Of a stretch of DNA of 64,000 nt, positions 38,180-47,466 are shown piece after piece (positions within the stretch are counted from its first letter, which is position 1; the number at the start of each line of letters is the position of its first letter). Both the position numbers and the translations under genes were made by a program. The notes below the pieces were generated by a model that searched no databases, was not told the DNA's origin, and was given only the letters and a program-made list of their open reading frames with translations. The DNA comes from an uncultured Chloroflexia bacterium. Its GTDB lineage: Bacteria > Chloroflexota > Limnocylindria > QHBO01. The stretch lies in assembly GCA_963814375.1 (NCBI GenBank), contig CAWFCQ010000005.1, positions 192,001 to 256,000 of the forward strand, given 5' to 3'.

Positions 38180-41100
38180 TCAGCGGAACATGCGTTGCTG
38201 TTTCGCGAGGTCGAGCCGCTCCGGCGGTCGGTCGAGGGTCTCGTCCACGCTCCGGAGCCGCTGCGCGACGACATTGAGCACCGCGCCCTCGACCTGGAGC
38301 CGCCCGTCGATGACGAGCAGCGGATGCCGGTGCAGCAACGCCCGATGCGCCTGGTACACCTTCGGACGCAGGGTGACGTTGATCATCCCGGTCTCGTCCT
38401 CGAGCGCGATGAACACGAAGCCCTTCGCCGTCATCGGGTGCTGGACGCTGACCGCCAGGCCCGCCAGACGGATGGTGGACCGATCGCGCAGCCGGGCCGC
38501 ATCGGCCACGGAGATCACCCCGCGCGAGGCCAGGCGCTCGCGGAAGAGCTCGACGGCATGAAGGTTCGGCGCGACGCCGGTGTCGCGGTAGTCGGCGGCC
38601 ACCTGCTCGGCATCGGTCATCGGCGGCAGTGAGGCGCCCAGCGCGCGCTGCGCGTCATCGGTCAGTCCCAGCGCCGGGTGCGCCGGGTCAGCGTCGGCCA
38701 GGGTGGTGCGCAGCTGCCAGAGAAGCTCGCGGCGGGGCGAACCGGTCCAGTCGAAGGCGCCGATGCTGATGAGCCGCTCAACCACCTGCTCGCCGAGCCC
38801 GGTGCGGGCGACGAAGTCGCGGATCCCCGCGTACGGGCCTCGAGCGCGTTCACGTTCCAGCGTCTCGCGCGCGGACTCGTCGATCCCCTTCACCTGGCGC
38901 AGGCCCAGGCGAATCGCGTAGGTGTCGGGCGAGCCATTGCACGGGGTGAAGGCATCGGCCACGGAACGCGGCGTGGATGGCCGCTCGTTGCAGGAGGTGG
39001 CACTGGCGACGATCGAGACCCCGGATCTCGCCGCTTGTTGGCCGTTATTGCCGCCGGATGAAATCGAGGGCGCCGGCGAAGGCAAAGGACGTGTGTCGTG
39101 CTCCCAGGCGGATTCGTTGACGTCGATCGGCAGGACGCGGATGCCGTGGCGCTTCGCGTCGTTGATGACCACCGCGGGCGAGTAGAAGCCCATCGGCTGG
39201 TTGTTCAGCACGCCGACGGTGTAATGCGCGGGCCAGTAGTGCTTCAGCCAGGCGGTGTCGTAGCTGATCTTGGCAAAGGCGGCGGCGTGGGCGCGGGCGA
39301 AGCCGAACTCGGCGAAGGCGGAGCACTTCTGGAAGAGCTCCTCGGCCTGCTCGTCGGTCAGGCCGGTGCGCATGGCGCCACCGATGAAGCGCGGCCGCTC
39401 CGCCTGCATCTTGGCGTGCGACCGATGAGAGCCCATCGCCTTGCGAAAGATGTCGGCCTCGACCGCGGTGTAGCCGCACACCTCGATCGCGACCTGCATC
39501 ACCTGCTCCTGGTAGAGGATCACGCCGAGGGTGTCCTCCAGGATCGGCCGCAGGCTCTCGTGCGCATAGGTCACCTCCTCCTCGCCGGCCCTTCGTCGCA
39601 GGTACGGATGCACCGCGTTGCCCTGCACCGGGCCGGGCCGGATGATCGCGACCTGGACCACGAGATCCTCGAAGCGCTCTGGCCGAGCCTTGGGCAGCGC
39701 CTGCATCTGGGCGCGACTCTCGATCTGGAACATGCCGACCGTGTCGGCCGCCTGGATGGAGCGAAACACCTCGGGATCGTCGTGCGGGAGCGAGTCGAGG
39801 TCGATGCGGCTTCCCGTGTCGCGCTCGACCCGGTCGAGGGCGTCGCTGACCACGCCGAGCGTCCGCAGGCTGAGAAGATCGATCTTCACGAGGCCGAGCT
39901 GCTCGATGTCCTCCTTGTCGTACTGGGTGACGACCCGATTGGGCATGGTGGCGCGCTCGATCGGGACGAGGTCGATCAGGGGCGTGCGGGTGACGAGCAT
40001 CCCACCGACGTGGATGCCGAGGTGGCGCGGGTAGCCGTCGATCTCGGCGCACAGCTGGAGCAGCCACTGCCAACGATTGCGTGGCGGGTGGGCATCGTGG
40101 GAAACCTGTGAATGGTAAGAGTTGCCGTTGAGCGGAGCTAACGGCCAACTTGAGTTCCCTCCGTTCCCATCGGTTGCTCCCGAGTGCAACCGGTGGGCAT
40201 CCAGGGCGTCAATCTCGTCCCAACTTCGCCGATAGTTCCGGTCAGAGAAAACTCCGGGCCCAGCACCACCAACCCCCACTTCCGGCACGACCGGAATTCG
40301 CCGGCGCTCCTCGACCGGCATCCCGCTCTCGGGATCGAGATGCACGACCCGAGGCCGCTCGCTTGACGGTCCCGGCGACCCGTTGTCGCGCGGCGTCGGC
40401 AGTCGGAGCTCGCCGCCCGAAAGCTCGCCTGAGCGCGCGTACCGCTTCGTTTCCTGTGCCTCGTGCTTCACCGTCGTGACCGATGCGTCGAGCACCCGCG
40501 GCTTGCGCGGCGGCGACCAGTGGCCCTGACCGACCGGCTGCGGATCGAGAACCGGCCGCGGGCGATGGTTCCACGACGAGTCGGAGGCCTTGTGCACGAG
40601 GCTGGGATCGGCGCGACCATCGTTCCCGGGCGGGATGGCGGCGGCGGCCATGTCGATCCCCAGCTCCTCGAACAGCCAGGCGAACGACCCGTCAAGCGCC
40701 AGGTCGCGAGCGACGTCGCCCGCCTCGCGGGTGTCGAGCGCCTTGGCCAGCGCGTCGATCCCCTCGGGCGGGAAGCCGAGCGCCTTGGCCACCTCGCGCA
40801 CCGCGTTCCTGGCCCGGTAGGTGACGATCGTGCAGACCATGGCGGAGTGGTCGGGGCCGTACGTGTCGTAGACGTACTGGATGACCTCCTCGCGCCGGTT
40901 GACGTCGAAGTCGATGTCGATGTCCGGCAGCGCGCGCGCCTCGTTGATGAAGCGCTCGAAGAGGAGCTTGTGCTCGATCGGGTCGACCTTGGTGATGCCC
41001 AGGCAGTAGGCCACGATCGAGTCGCCGGCGCTCCCCCGCCCCTGGCCGATGATCTTCCCCTCCCTCGCGAACTCCATCAGGTCCCACACGATGAGGAAGA

Positions 41101-42259
41101 ACTCGGCGAGGTTCGTGCGCTCGATGACGTCGAGCTCGTGAGTCAGCTGCTTGAGCGCCTGCTTGGTAACCGGCCGGTAACGGACCAGTAAGCCGCGATG
41201 GGCAAGCTGATACAGATATGAGAACGCGGTCTCCCCCTCCGGCACGCTGAAGCCGGGAAACCGATAGCGCTCGAAGCCGAGCTCCAGCCGGCACGCCTGA
41301 CCGATGTCCGCGCTGCGCGCCAGGCCGGCCTCCCACGCCCGGCGGCTGCGCGCATCGGGCAGCGCCGCACCGATGACGGCCAGCTCGGCCCCGGTCTTGA
41401 GCCGGTACTCCGCGTTCGGCAGGAGCAGCTCGCGCGCCTCCTCGAGCGTCGCCCCATGGCGGATGCAGACGAGCACGTCCTGGAGCCGGTGCCCCGCCGG
41501 ATCGGCGTAGTGGACCTCGTTGGTGACCACCGTCGGCAGCCCTGCGCCGTGCGCCAGGTCGGCAAGCTGGGCTATGAGCCAGTCGTCGTCGGGCTGGAGG
41601 TGGTGACTGAGCTCGATCGCAAAGTCGCCGGCTGGAAAGTGGCTGCCCCAGGCCTGGGCCGCGGCCAGCGCACGCTCGCGCTCCCCTCCCAGGAGATGGC
41701 GCGGCACCTCGCCGTTGCGGCAGCCGGAGAGGCCGAAGAGATGGCCGCGAGCCTCGTCGAGCGCCGCGGTGACCAGCGAGCGCTCGAAGACCGGGAACTG
41801 CTTCTCGCCTGCCAGGTGGCCGCGGCTCGCCAGCCGGGAGAGGGCGGTGTAGCCGTCGACGTCCCGCGCGAGAAGGACGAGGTGGTCGCCCGGGATCGGG
41901 CCGGCATGGTGCTCCCCCGGCCAGCCGCGGCTCGCATCTGGTCCGCGCAGCGGATCGTTGAGCTTTCGGCCACGATGCGCCAGGCGCAGCTCGTCGTCGG
42001 TGCGCGGGATCGCGAGCTCGAGCCCCACGATCGGCCGCACCGGGGCGAGGCCGGCCGCGCGGGCCGCATCGGTCTCGGTCTCCTGGGCCGCCTTCCACAT
42101 GCGGACCGCGGCATACAGCCCGGCGTGGTCGGTGATGGCCAGCGAACCGATCCCGAGCTGGGCAGCTCGGGCAATCAGCTCCTCGGGATGGCTGGCGCCG
42201 TCGAGGAAGCTGAAGTTGCTGTGCGCGTGGAGCTCGCAGTAGCCGTCCGGCATTGCCAT
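38180..42259 (-). CDS. dnaE2: Error-prone DNA polymerase DnaE2 (ImuC) with internal insertions
   Basis: PHP domain HAHSNFSFLDG; GRGSA; PDIDIDF; PRHLGIHVGG; FQIESRAQ; IIRPGP; LNNQPMGFY; LEDETG; C-terminal RMFR; LexA box upstream. Confidence 0.95.
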   Translation of the reverse strand: MAMPDGYCELHAHSNFSFLDGASHPEELIARAAQLGIGSLAITDHAGLYAAVRMWKAAQETETDAARAAGLAPVRPIVGLELAIPRTDDELRLAHRGRKLNDPLRGPDASRGWPGEHHAGPIPGDHLVLLARDVDGYTALSRLASRGHLAGEKQFPVFERSLVTAALDEARGHLFGLSGCRNGEVPRHLLGGERERALAAAQAWGSHFPAGDFAIELSHHLQPDDDWLIAQLADLAHGAGLPTVVTNEVHYADPAGHRLQDVLVCIRHGATLEEARELLLPNAEYRLKTGAELAVIGAALPDARSRRAWEAGLARSADIGQACRLELGFERYRFPGFSVPEGETAFSYLYQLAHRGLLVRYRPVTKQALKQLTHELDVIERTNLAEFFLIVWDLMEFAREGKIIGQGRGSAGDSIVAYCLGITKVDPIEHKLLFERFINEARALPDIDIDFDVNRREEVIQYVYDTYGPDHSAMVCTIVTYRARNAVREVAKALGFPPEGIDALAKALDTREAGDVARDLALDGSFAWLFEELGIDMAAAAIPPGNDGRADPSLVHKASDSSWNHRPRPVLDPQPVGQGHWSPPRKPRVLDASVTTVKHEAQETKRYARSGELSGGELRLPTPRDNGSPGPSSERPRVVHLDPESGMPVEERRRIPVVPEVGVGGAGPGVFSDRNYRRSWDEIDALDAHRLHSGATDGNGGNSSWPLAPLNGNSYHSQVSHDAHPPRNRWQWLLQLCAEIDGYPRHLGIHVGGMLVTRTPLIDLVPIERATMPNRVVTQYDKEDIEQLGLVKIDLLSLRTLGVVSDALDRVERDTGSRIDLDSLPHDDPEVFRSIQAADTVGMFQIESRAQMQALPKARPERFEDLVVQVAIIRPGPVQGNAVHPYLRRRAGEEEVTYAHESLRPILEDTLGVILYQEQVMQVAIEVCGYTAVEADIFRKAMGSHRSHAKMQAERPRFIGGAMRTGLTDEQAEELFQKCSAFAEFGFARAHAAAFAKISYDTAWLKHYWPAHYTVGVLNNQPMGFYSPAVVINDAKRHGIRVLPIDVNESAWEHDTRPLPSPAPSISSGGNNGQQAARSGVSIVASATSCNERPSTPRSVADAFTPCNGSPDTYAIRLGLRQVKGIDESARETLERERARGPYAGIRDFVARTGLGEQVVERLISIGAFDWTGSPRRELLWQLRTTLADADPAHPALGLTDDAQRALGASLPPMTDAEQVAADYRDTGVAPNLHAVELFRERLASRGVISVADAARLRDRSTIRLAGLAVSVQHPMTAKGFVFIALEDETGMINVTLRPKVYQAHRALLHRHPLLVIDGRLQVEGAVLNVVAQRLRSVDETLDRPPERLDLAKQQRMFR
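38933..39067. mobile_element. Diverged palindromic element, copy 3 (in frame within dnaE2)
   Basis: CGGCCA and TGGCCG(TTA) arms at family spacing (1 nt shorter); central GTTGC-N8-GCAC; ATCTCG near the right arm. Boundaries approximate. Confidence 0.6.
40119..40254. mobile_element. 136-bp palindromic MITE-like element, copy 1 (in frame within dnaE2)
   Basis: 30-bp imperfect TIRs GAGTTGCCGTTGAGCGGAGCTAACGGCCAA / TTCGCCGATAGTTCCGGTCAGAGAAAACTC; central hairpin CCCATCGGTTGC-N8-GCAACCGGTGGG. Confidence 0.8.
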
Positions 42260-42272
42260 CGGACGACCGATG

Positions 42273-42290
42273 ATAGAACGTTTGTTCTAT
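42273..42290. promoter_or_regulatory. LexA (SOS) box upstream of dnaE2
   Basis: ATAGAACGTTTGTTCTAT (GAAC-N4-GTTC) between TTCCCT (-35) and TATCAT (-10), 17-bp spacer on the minus strand. Confidence 0.9.
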
Positions 42291-42843
42291 TCAGGGAAGA
42301 CCGTACGTCCCTTCGTCACGGCTGAGCCGATACAGCACGTGCCGCACGAGGTGCGGGTACTTCGCCGCGTCGACGCGTGGATGGTCGAAGTCGCCGGCGG
42401 GATCGCGCGACGAGGCCGATGCGCTCCATCACCCGCCACGATCGCTCGTTGGCAGGCACGGTGAAGGAGACGATCTCGTCGAGGCCCACCTCCTCGAAGC
42501 CGAACCGAAGCGCCTCGCGCGCGCCCTCCGTCGCGTAGCCGTGCCCCCAATGGGCCCGCGCCAGCCGCCAGCCGACCTCGACCATGCCGGGAGCGACGAA
42601 GTCGGCGGGCCACAGCCCGACATACCCGACGAACGGCGCCACGCCGGGCACCTCGACCGCCCACTGCGCCCAGCCGTGCTCCTCCCAGTGGCGCTGGATG
42701 CGATCGACGAAGTCGTTGCTCTGCTCCGCCGTCATGAGCCCCTGCATGTGCTCCATCACCGCGGGGTCCGCGTTCATCGCGGCGAACGCATCGCGGTCGG
42801 CATCAGTCCAGCGGCGCAGGAGCAGTCGCTCGGTGCGGATCAC
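42291..42843 (-). CDS. RimJ/RimL-type GNAT acetyltransferase; apparent frameshift near 42405
   Basis: IRTERLLLRRW, VEVGWRL..WGHGYATE, NERSWRVMERIG; the shifted frame gives DFDHP..HVLYR. Confidence 0.85.
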
Positions 42844-44135
42844 GCCGGCGCGGCGAGGCGGATACGGCGTCCCTCGAACGCGAGGACGGCGGCCGGAATC
42901 AGGGTGAGGCCGATCCCGACGAACCCGAGCACGGTGTACGAGGCGGCCGCGACGACGAGGCCGGACGCGAGGCTGGCGAAGGCGGCCGTGCCCCAGGTCA
43001 GCGTGTCGGCGATGCCCTGCACCCGCGTCCGCTCGCCGAGGGCGAGCCCATGGCTCACCAGCGACGAGGCGGCGACGAAGCAGAGGCTCCAGCCGAAGCC
43101 GAGCAGGAAGAGGGCGAAGGTGAGCACCAACCCGCCGTCGGGCGGCGCCAGCGCGGCGAGCAGCGCGGCGGCGGCCAGCCCGATCAGCCCGGCCGCGATG
43201 ACCGCGAGGCTGCCGAATCGATCGGTGAGGCGCCCGCTGATCGGCGAGAGGCCGAACATGCCAAAGGTGTGGGCCGACAGCACGATGCCGACGGTCGCCA
43301 GGCCGTGGCCATGGTCGATCAGGTGGAGTGGCGTCATCGTCATGATCAGGACCATCACCACCTGCGCGCCGACGAGGCTGACGAGCGCCACCGCGACCGA
43401 GGGCCGACGGAGGAGCTCGCCCATGGACGGGGCCGGTCCCGTATCGGTGTCGTGGGATCGCAACGCCGACGGATCGGCCAACGCGTACGGCTCCGGTCGC
43501 AGCATGAGCGCCGCCACCACCCATGCCAGGCCGATGAAGATCACGGTCACCGCGTACGGCCCGGCCAGCTCGGGCAGCCCGATCGAGGTTGCGAGCGCGC
43601 CAGCCGGGGCGGTCAGGTTCGGGCCGATGACGGCACCCACCGTCGTCCCCCACACCACCATGCCGATGGCCGAGGCGCGCCGCTCCGGCGAAGCCATGTC
43701 CGCCGCGATGTAGCGACCGAGATTGCCCGCGGCGTTCGCAAATCCGGTGAAGCCGCTGCCGAGCAGGAGGAGCGGGATCGACGCCGCCAGCACCGAGCCG
43801 AAGACGATCGCGCCGCCGAGCACGCCGACCGCCAGCCCCAGCAGCAGCCCGTACCGGCGTCCGAATCGCAGCATCAGCAGCGCGAGCAGGCTCGCGGCGA
43901 TGGCGGTGCCGATCGTCGTCACCGTGGTCGGCAGCCCGCCGTAGGCCGCGCTGCCGGACAGCTCCGCCGCGACCAGCGTGCCGACCGTGACGGCCGCGAT
44001 GTAGCCGGTGCTGCCGAGGGCGGCGATGACGAAGAGGACCCAGCGCATGCGGCGGCGCAGCCGCGGCAGCTCATCGGCGGAGAACTGCGCCGCGGTTGCC
44101 TCGGCCCGCTCGATGGCCTGCGGCTGGACGCTCAT
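42840..44135 (-). CDS. MFS transporter
   Basis: About 12 TM; RFGRRYGL and GRLTDRFG motifs. Confidence 0.9.
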   Translation of the reverse strand: MSVQPQAIERAEATAAQFSADELPRLRRRMRWVLFVIAALGSTGYIAAVTVGTLVAAELSGSAAYGGLPTTVTTIGTAIAASLLALLMLRFGRRYGLLLGLAVGVLGGAIVFGSVLAASIPLLLLGSGFTGFANAAGNLGRYIAADMASPERRASAIGMVVWGTTVGAVIGPNLTAPAGALATSIGLPELAGPYAVTVIFIGLAWVVAALMLRPEPYALADPSALRSHDTDTGPAPSMGELLRRPSVAVALVSLVGAQVVMVLIMTMTPLHLIDHGHGLATVGIVLSAHTFGMFGLSPISGRLTDRFGSLAVIAAGLIGLAAAALLAALAPPDGGLVLTFALFLLGFGWSLCFVAASSLVSHGLALGERTRVQGIADTLTWGTAAFASLASGLVVAAASYTVLGFVGIGLTLIPAAVLAFEGRRIRLAAPA

Positions 44136-45010
44136 GCCAGCGCTTCCAAGGTGGGGAGATGCTCGGTCGTCCCGTCGGGGGCGATCGGGATGACCGCGAC
44201 GTGATCCGCGCCGGCGGCCAGCAGCGCCTCGGTCCGGGAGCGAGCGTCTGCCTCCGAGCCGATCGACACCATCGCGTCGACGAGCCGGTCGCCGCCGGGC
44301 AGCTGCCAGTCGGCGGCCTCGAAGCCCTGGAGCTCCCACGACGCGTGATAGGTCGGCGTGCGCAGGTACGGCTTCAGGTACGCCCGGGCCGCGTCGCGAT
44401 CGTCGCCGAGCACGACCGGCAGCGTCACCGCCAGCGTCGGGCGGTGGTCGGATGCCGCCCTGTCGAGCCGCGCCCGAATCCAGGCCACCCGCTCGGGTGT
44501 CACGAGGTACGGAAAGGCGCCGTCGGCTTCGGTGGCGGCGAGGTCGGTCATGCGCTCGCGCAGGGCGGCAATGAGCAGTGGTGGGTCGTCTTCGATGGAT
44601 CCGGGCCCCCGGTAGATGGCGGTCCGATAGGCCGCGAGGTACTCCCGCATGCGGGTCAGCGGTCGCTCGAAGTCGTGCCCGCGCAGCTTGGTGGCGAGGT
44701 GCGGGTGGCTCACGCCGAGGCCGAGCACGAAGCGGCCCTCGGTCGCCTCCGACAGGGTGCGGGCGCCCATGCGGGTCGCCTGCGCATCGCGGCCCCAGAT
44801 GTTCACGATGCTGGTGCCGAGAACCAGGCGCGACGTCTCGCCGGCCAGCATGCCGAGGAAGGTGAACGGCTCGCGGCCGACGGTCTCGGGCACCCACAGG
44901 CTGCCGTAGCCGAGCTCCTCGACGCGCCGCGCGTAGGCGCGTGCATCGGTCGCCGAGAGCGTGTCGAGATGTCCCCAGACGCCGATGCGCCCGAGGTCCG
45001 GGGCGGTCAC
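44132..45010 (-). CDS. F420-dependent LLM-class oxidoreductase (TIGR03620-like)
   Basis: LGRIGVW, EELGYGSLWVPE, GTSIVNIW, RFVLGLGVSH, AGADHV. Confidence 0.85.
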   Translation of the reverse strand: MTAPDLGRIGVWGHLDTLSATDARAYARRVEELGYGSLWVPETVGREPFTFLGMLAGETSRLVLGTSIVNIWGRDAQATRMGARTLSEATEGRFVLGLGVSHPHLATKLRGHDFERPLTRMREYLAAYRTAIYRGPGSIEDDPPLLIAALRERMTDLAATEADGAFPYLVTPERVAWIRARLDRAASDHRPTLAVTLPVVLGDDRDAARAYLKPYLRTPTYHASWELQGFEAADWQLPGGDRLVDAMVSIGSEADARSRTEALLAAGADHVAVIPIAPDGTTEHLPTLEALA

Positions 45011-45020
45011 CCGCGGAATG

Positions 45021-45800
45021 CTACCCGCTGGAATCCAATTCGAATCGATAGCGCAGGAACAGCTCGTCGTCGTGGCGCATGACGCTGACGAGGCGTCCGC
45101 CGCGCGGGCTCGATTCGAAGGGCGAGCCGCCCTCGATGGGCGCGATCATCGGCAGCGCATCGGTGCCGACCAGCATCGCCCCGGCGGTCCAGTACAGCTC
45201 GTCGATCAGGCCCGCCTCGAGGAAGGCCGCGTTGATGTGCGGGCCGCCCTCCAGCAGAAGGCTGCGAATGCCGCGCTCGGCGAGGCGCGACAGCACCCAC
45301 GACGGAGACGGCCGACCCTCGGGCGCGCGCAGCAGGTCCGTGCCGGCCGGCGCGTCCTCGATCGGGTTCCCCCGTCCGACGACCAGGATGCGCGCCTCGT
45401 CACCGGTGAACCAGCGCGCGCCGAGGTCGATCGGCTCCTCGCCGGCGATCATCACGCCGGTCGGGTTCGGCGGCCTGCCCTCGGCGGAGCGCCGGCGCTC
45501 CAGCGCGGATCCGACCCGCAGCCAGACCCCGGTCGCGCGCAGCGTCCCGACACCACTGCCGACGGCGTCGAAGGCGGCGCGGTAGTGGCGCATCAGCATC
45601 CGATCCGCGCGGCTGCCGAGCCCGTCGGCGGTGCCGTCCAGCTGTGCCCGCCCGTCGATGGTGGTGACCATGTTGATCGCCACCAAGGGCCGATCGGACG
45701 GCGGCTCCGGCAGGGCGAACCCGGCCATCGCCTCGTCCAGGGTCAGGTCCGTCGCGGGATCGGGCCAGAGGCAGTCGACGCGGTGGGCGGTATCTGTCAC
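45021..45800 (-). CDS. RibD C-terminal / dihydrofolate reductase family protein
   Basis: INMVTTIDG, GVGTLR, LLLEGGPHIN, GLIDELYWT. Confidence 0.85.
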   Translation of the reverse strand: MTDTAHRVDCLWPDPATDLTLDEAMAGFALPEPPSDRPLVAINMVTTIDGRAQLDGTADGLGSRADRMLMRHYRAAFDAVGSGVGTLRATGVWLRVGSALERRRSAEGRPPNPTGVMIAGEEPIDLGARWFTGDEARILVVGRGNPIEDAPAGTDLLRAPEGRPSPSWVLSRLAERGIRSLLLEGGPHINAAFLEAGLIDELYWTAGAMLVGTDALPMIAPIEGGSPFESSPRGGRLVSVMRHDDELFLRYRFELDSSG

Positions 45801-45810
45801 GTGGCCGATG

Positions 45811-46245
45811 CTAGCCGAGCTCGCCCTTCGCCTCGACGGGGTGGTACTCGTCGGCATTCTCGAGGGCGTCGGCGTCGAACGCGATCTGCACCTTCGAGCT
45901 GGTGAGGCTGATGACCGAATCGGCCACGACGACGCGCGTCGTGCCATCGCGATACGGCGTCACGGCGATCCCGTGGAAGATGCCCTCCGTCTCGGTGCCG
46001 AGCATCGCCTCGACGCGCCCGACGTCCTCGCCGCTGGGACCCACCACGAGCGTTTCCGCCTCGACATAGCTCCACGCGACCGGGTCGTCGGGGCCTGGCA
46101 GGTCCAGCTCGGCCGCGCTCGGCTCGCCGGGCGTGCCCGTGTCATCCGCCGAGCTGCCCGGTGGGAGCGTGTCGATCTCGGGATCGAGACCGCCCTTCAT
46201 GCCCGGGTCGTCGATGGCGCCCGGCTTCCGATCGAAGTCGTTCAT
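45811..46245 (-). CDS. Acidic hypothetical protein with PRC-barrel-like domain
   Basis: GAGGATGAGG RBS region; V.WSY....VVGPSGEDVGRVEAMLG...GIFHGI. Confidence 0.6.
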   Translation of the reverse strand: MNDFDRKPGAIDDPGMKGGLDPEIDTLPPGSSADDTGTPGEPSAAELDLPGPDDPVAWSYVEAETLVVGPSGEDVGRVEAMLGTETEGIFHGIAVTPYRDGTTRVVVADSVISLTSSKVQIAFDADALENADEYHPVEAKGELG

Positions 46246-46288
46246 GCCCTCATCCTCGCATCAGCGATGCCACGATCGAAGGAACCGA

Positions 46289-47191
46289 TCACAGGAAGAA
46301 CGGCGGCGAGAAGCCGATGAACCGATCGAAGCGGCCAAACGGCCTGCTCGACATGAACAGGTTGAGGAAGCCATCCATGCGCATCCCGCGGCCCATGAGG
46401 TGGCGCATCGCGACCTCGTTGACCATCGGCACCTCGAGCGAGAGGGCGTCGATACCCAGCTCGGCCGCCCGCGTCTCCACGTGGCTCAGGATCGGCGCCA
46501 TGTCGCCCGCCTCGAGCGTTGCGATCGGTCCCATCCCGCCCCGGCTGATGAACGCGTAGCCGATCGCTACGCCATCGCGGCGGTAGAGGTAGCCCTCGCG
46601 GTGCTCGGCGAGCCACCTGAACTCGTCGCCGCGGTCGAACTCGAGCACCGATGCCTCGATCTCGACGAGCTGCGCCATCTCCGCGGACCCGTCGAGGCGG
46701 ATGGCTTCCACGTCCGGGGCGAGCTTGGCGGCGCGAGGCTTCCCCTCGAGCGCCACGATCGGGAAGCGCGCCACCGTGCCGGCGGCGTAGTAGCGGGCCT
46801 GCGCGCGCACGTCAGTGGTGGCGATGATGGCCCGCACCTCGCCGCGCCCTGTGGGAAACGCGTGGGCAATGAGATCGGCGCCCACGCCGGCCGACTGCCG
46901 GTCGGGACGGACGAAGAGCTCGGTGAGCTCGAACAGCGCGCCACGCTCGACGGACCTGGCGTAGCCGATCAGCTCGCCGTCGCGGCCGAGATCTTCCGCC
47001 ACCCACCATTCGGCGGCGTGCTCGGCGAGGAGGTCGTACATCGGGCTCAGCTCGGCCCACAGCTCGTCGCGGTTCGGCTCCCACGGCGATCCCTGACGCG
47101 CGGTGAGATCGCGGATGGCGGGCAGGAAGACGTCGAAGACGGCGCGGGTGTCGTCGGGGGTGCCGCGTCGGAGGCGATACGGCTCGGCCAT
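46289..47191 (-). CDS. GNAT family acetyltransferase
   Basis: LTELFVRPDRQSAGVGADL (acetyl-CoA motif A); leaderless start MAEPY. Confidence 0.8.
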   Translation of the reverse strand: MAEPYRLRRGTPDDTRAVFDVFLPAIRDLTARQGSPWEPNRDELWAELSPMYDLLAEHAAEWWVAEDLGRDGELIGYARSVERGALFELTELFVRPDRQSAGVGADLIAHAFPTGRGEVRAIIATTDVRAQARYYAAGTVARFPIVALEGKPRAAKLAPDVEAIRLDGSAEMAQLVEIEASVLEFDRGDEFRWLAEHREGYLYRRDGVAIGYAFISRGGMGPIATLEAGDMAPILSHVETRAAELGIDALSLEVPMVNEVAMRHLMGRGMRMDGFLNLFMSSRPFGRFDRFIGFSPPFFL

Positions 47192-47211
47192 CTCGCGGAG
47201 GGTAGCAGGCG

Positions 47212-47466
47212 TTAGTCGAAGACCCGCTCGAGGTGCCAGGTGCCGCGAATCTCGTCGAGGAAGATCACCGCGACAAGGCCCGAGCGGGTGACGACCTTGA
47301 AGCAGGCACGGGCCACCGGCTCGCGCCACCAGCCGTCGTCGACCCGCCATCGGTTGCAGATGCCGACCTCGCCGTGATCGGTCCCGTCCAGGTGCAGGCG
47401 CTGCGGGATGCCGGCGGCATCGGTCTCGACCTGCACCAGCGGATGGTCGGGATAGCGGCGGGTCAC
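47212..47466 (-). CDS. Small ImuB-associated protein (DUF6504-like)
   Basis: RWRVDDGWW and W.LERVFD motifs; translationally coupled to imuB. Confidence 0.75.
   Translation of the reverse strand: MTRRYPDHPLVQVETDAAGIPQRLHLDGTDHGEVGICNRWRVDDGWWREPVARACFKVVTRSGLVAVIFLDEIRGTWHLERVFD

Noticed and set aside
40075-40660. Intein in DnaE2
   Set aside because: No splice-junction residues or homing-endonuclease motifs are visible.
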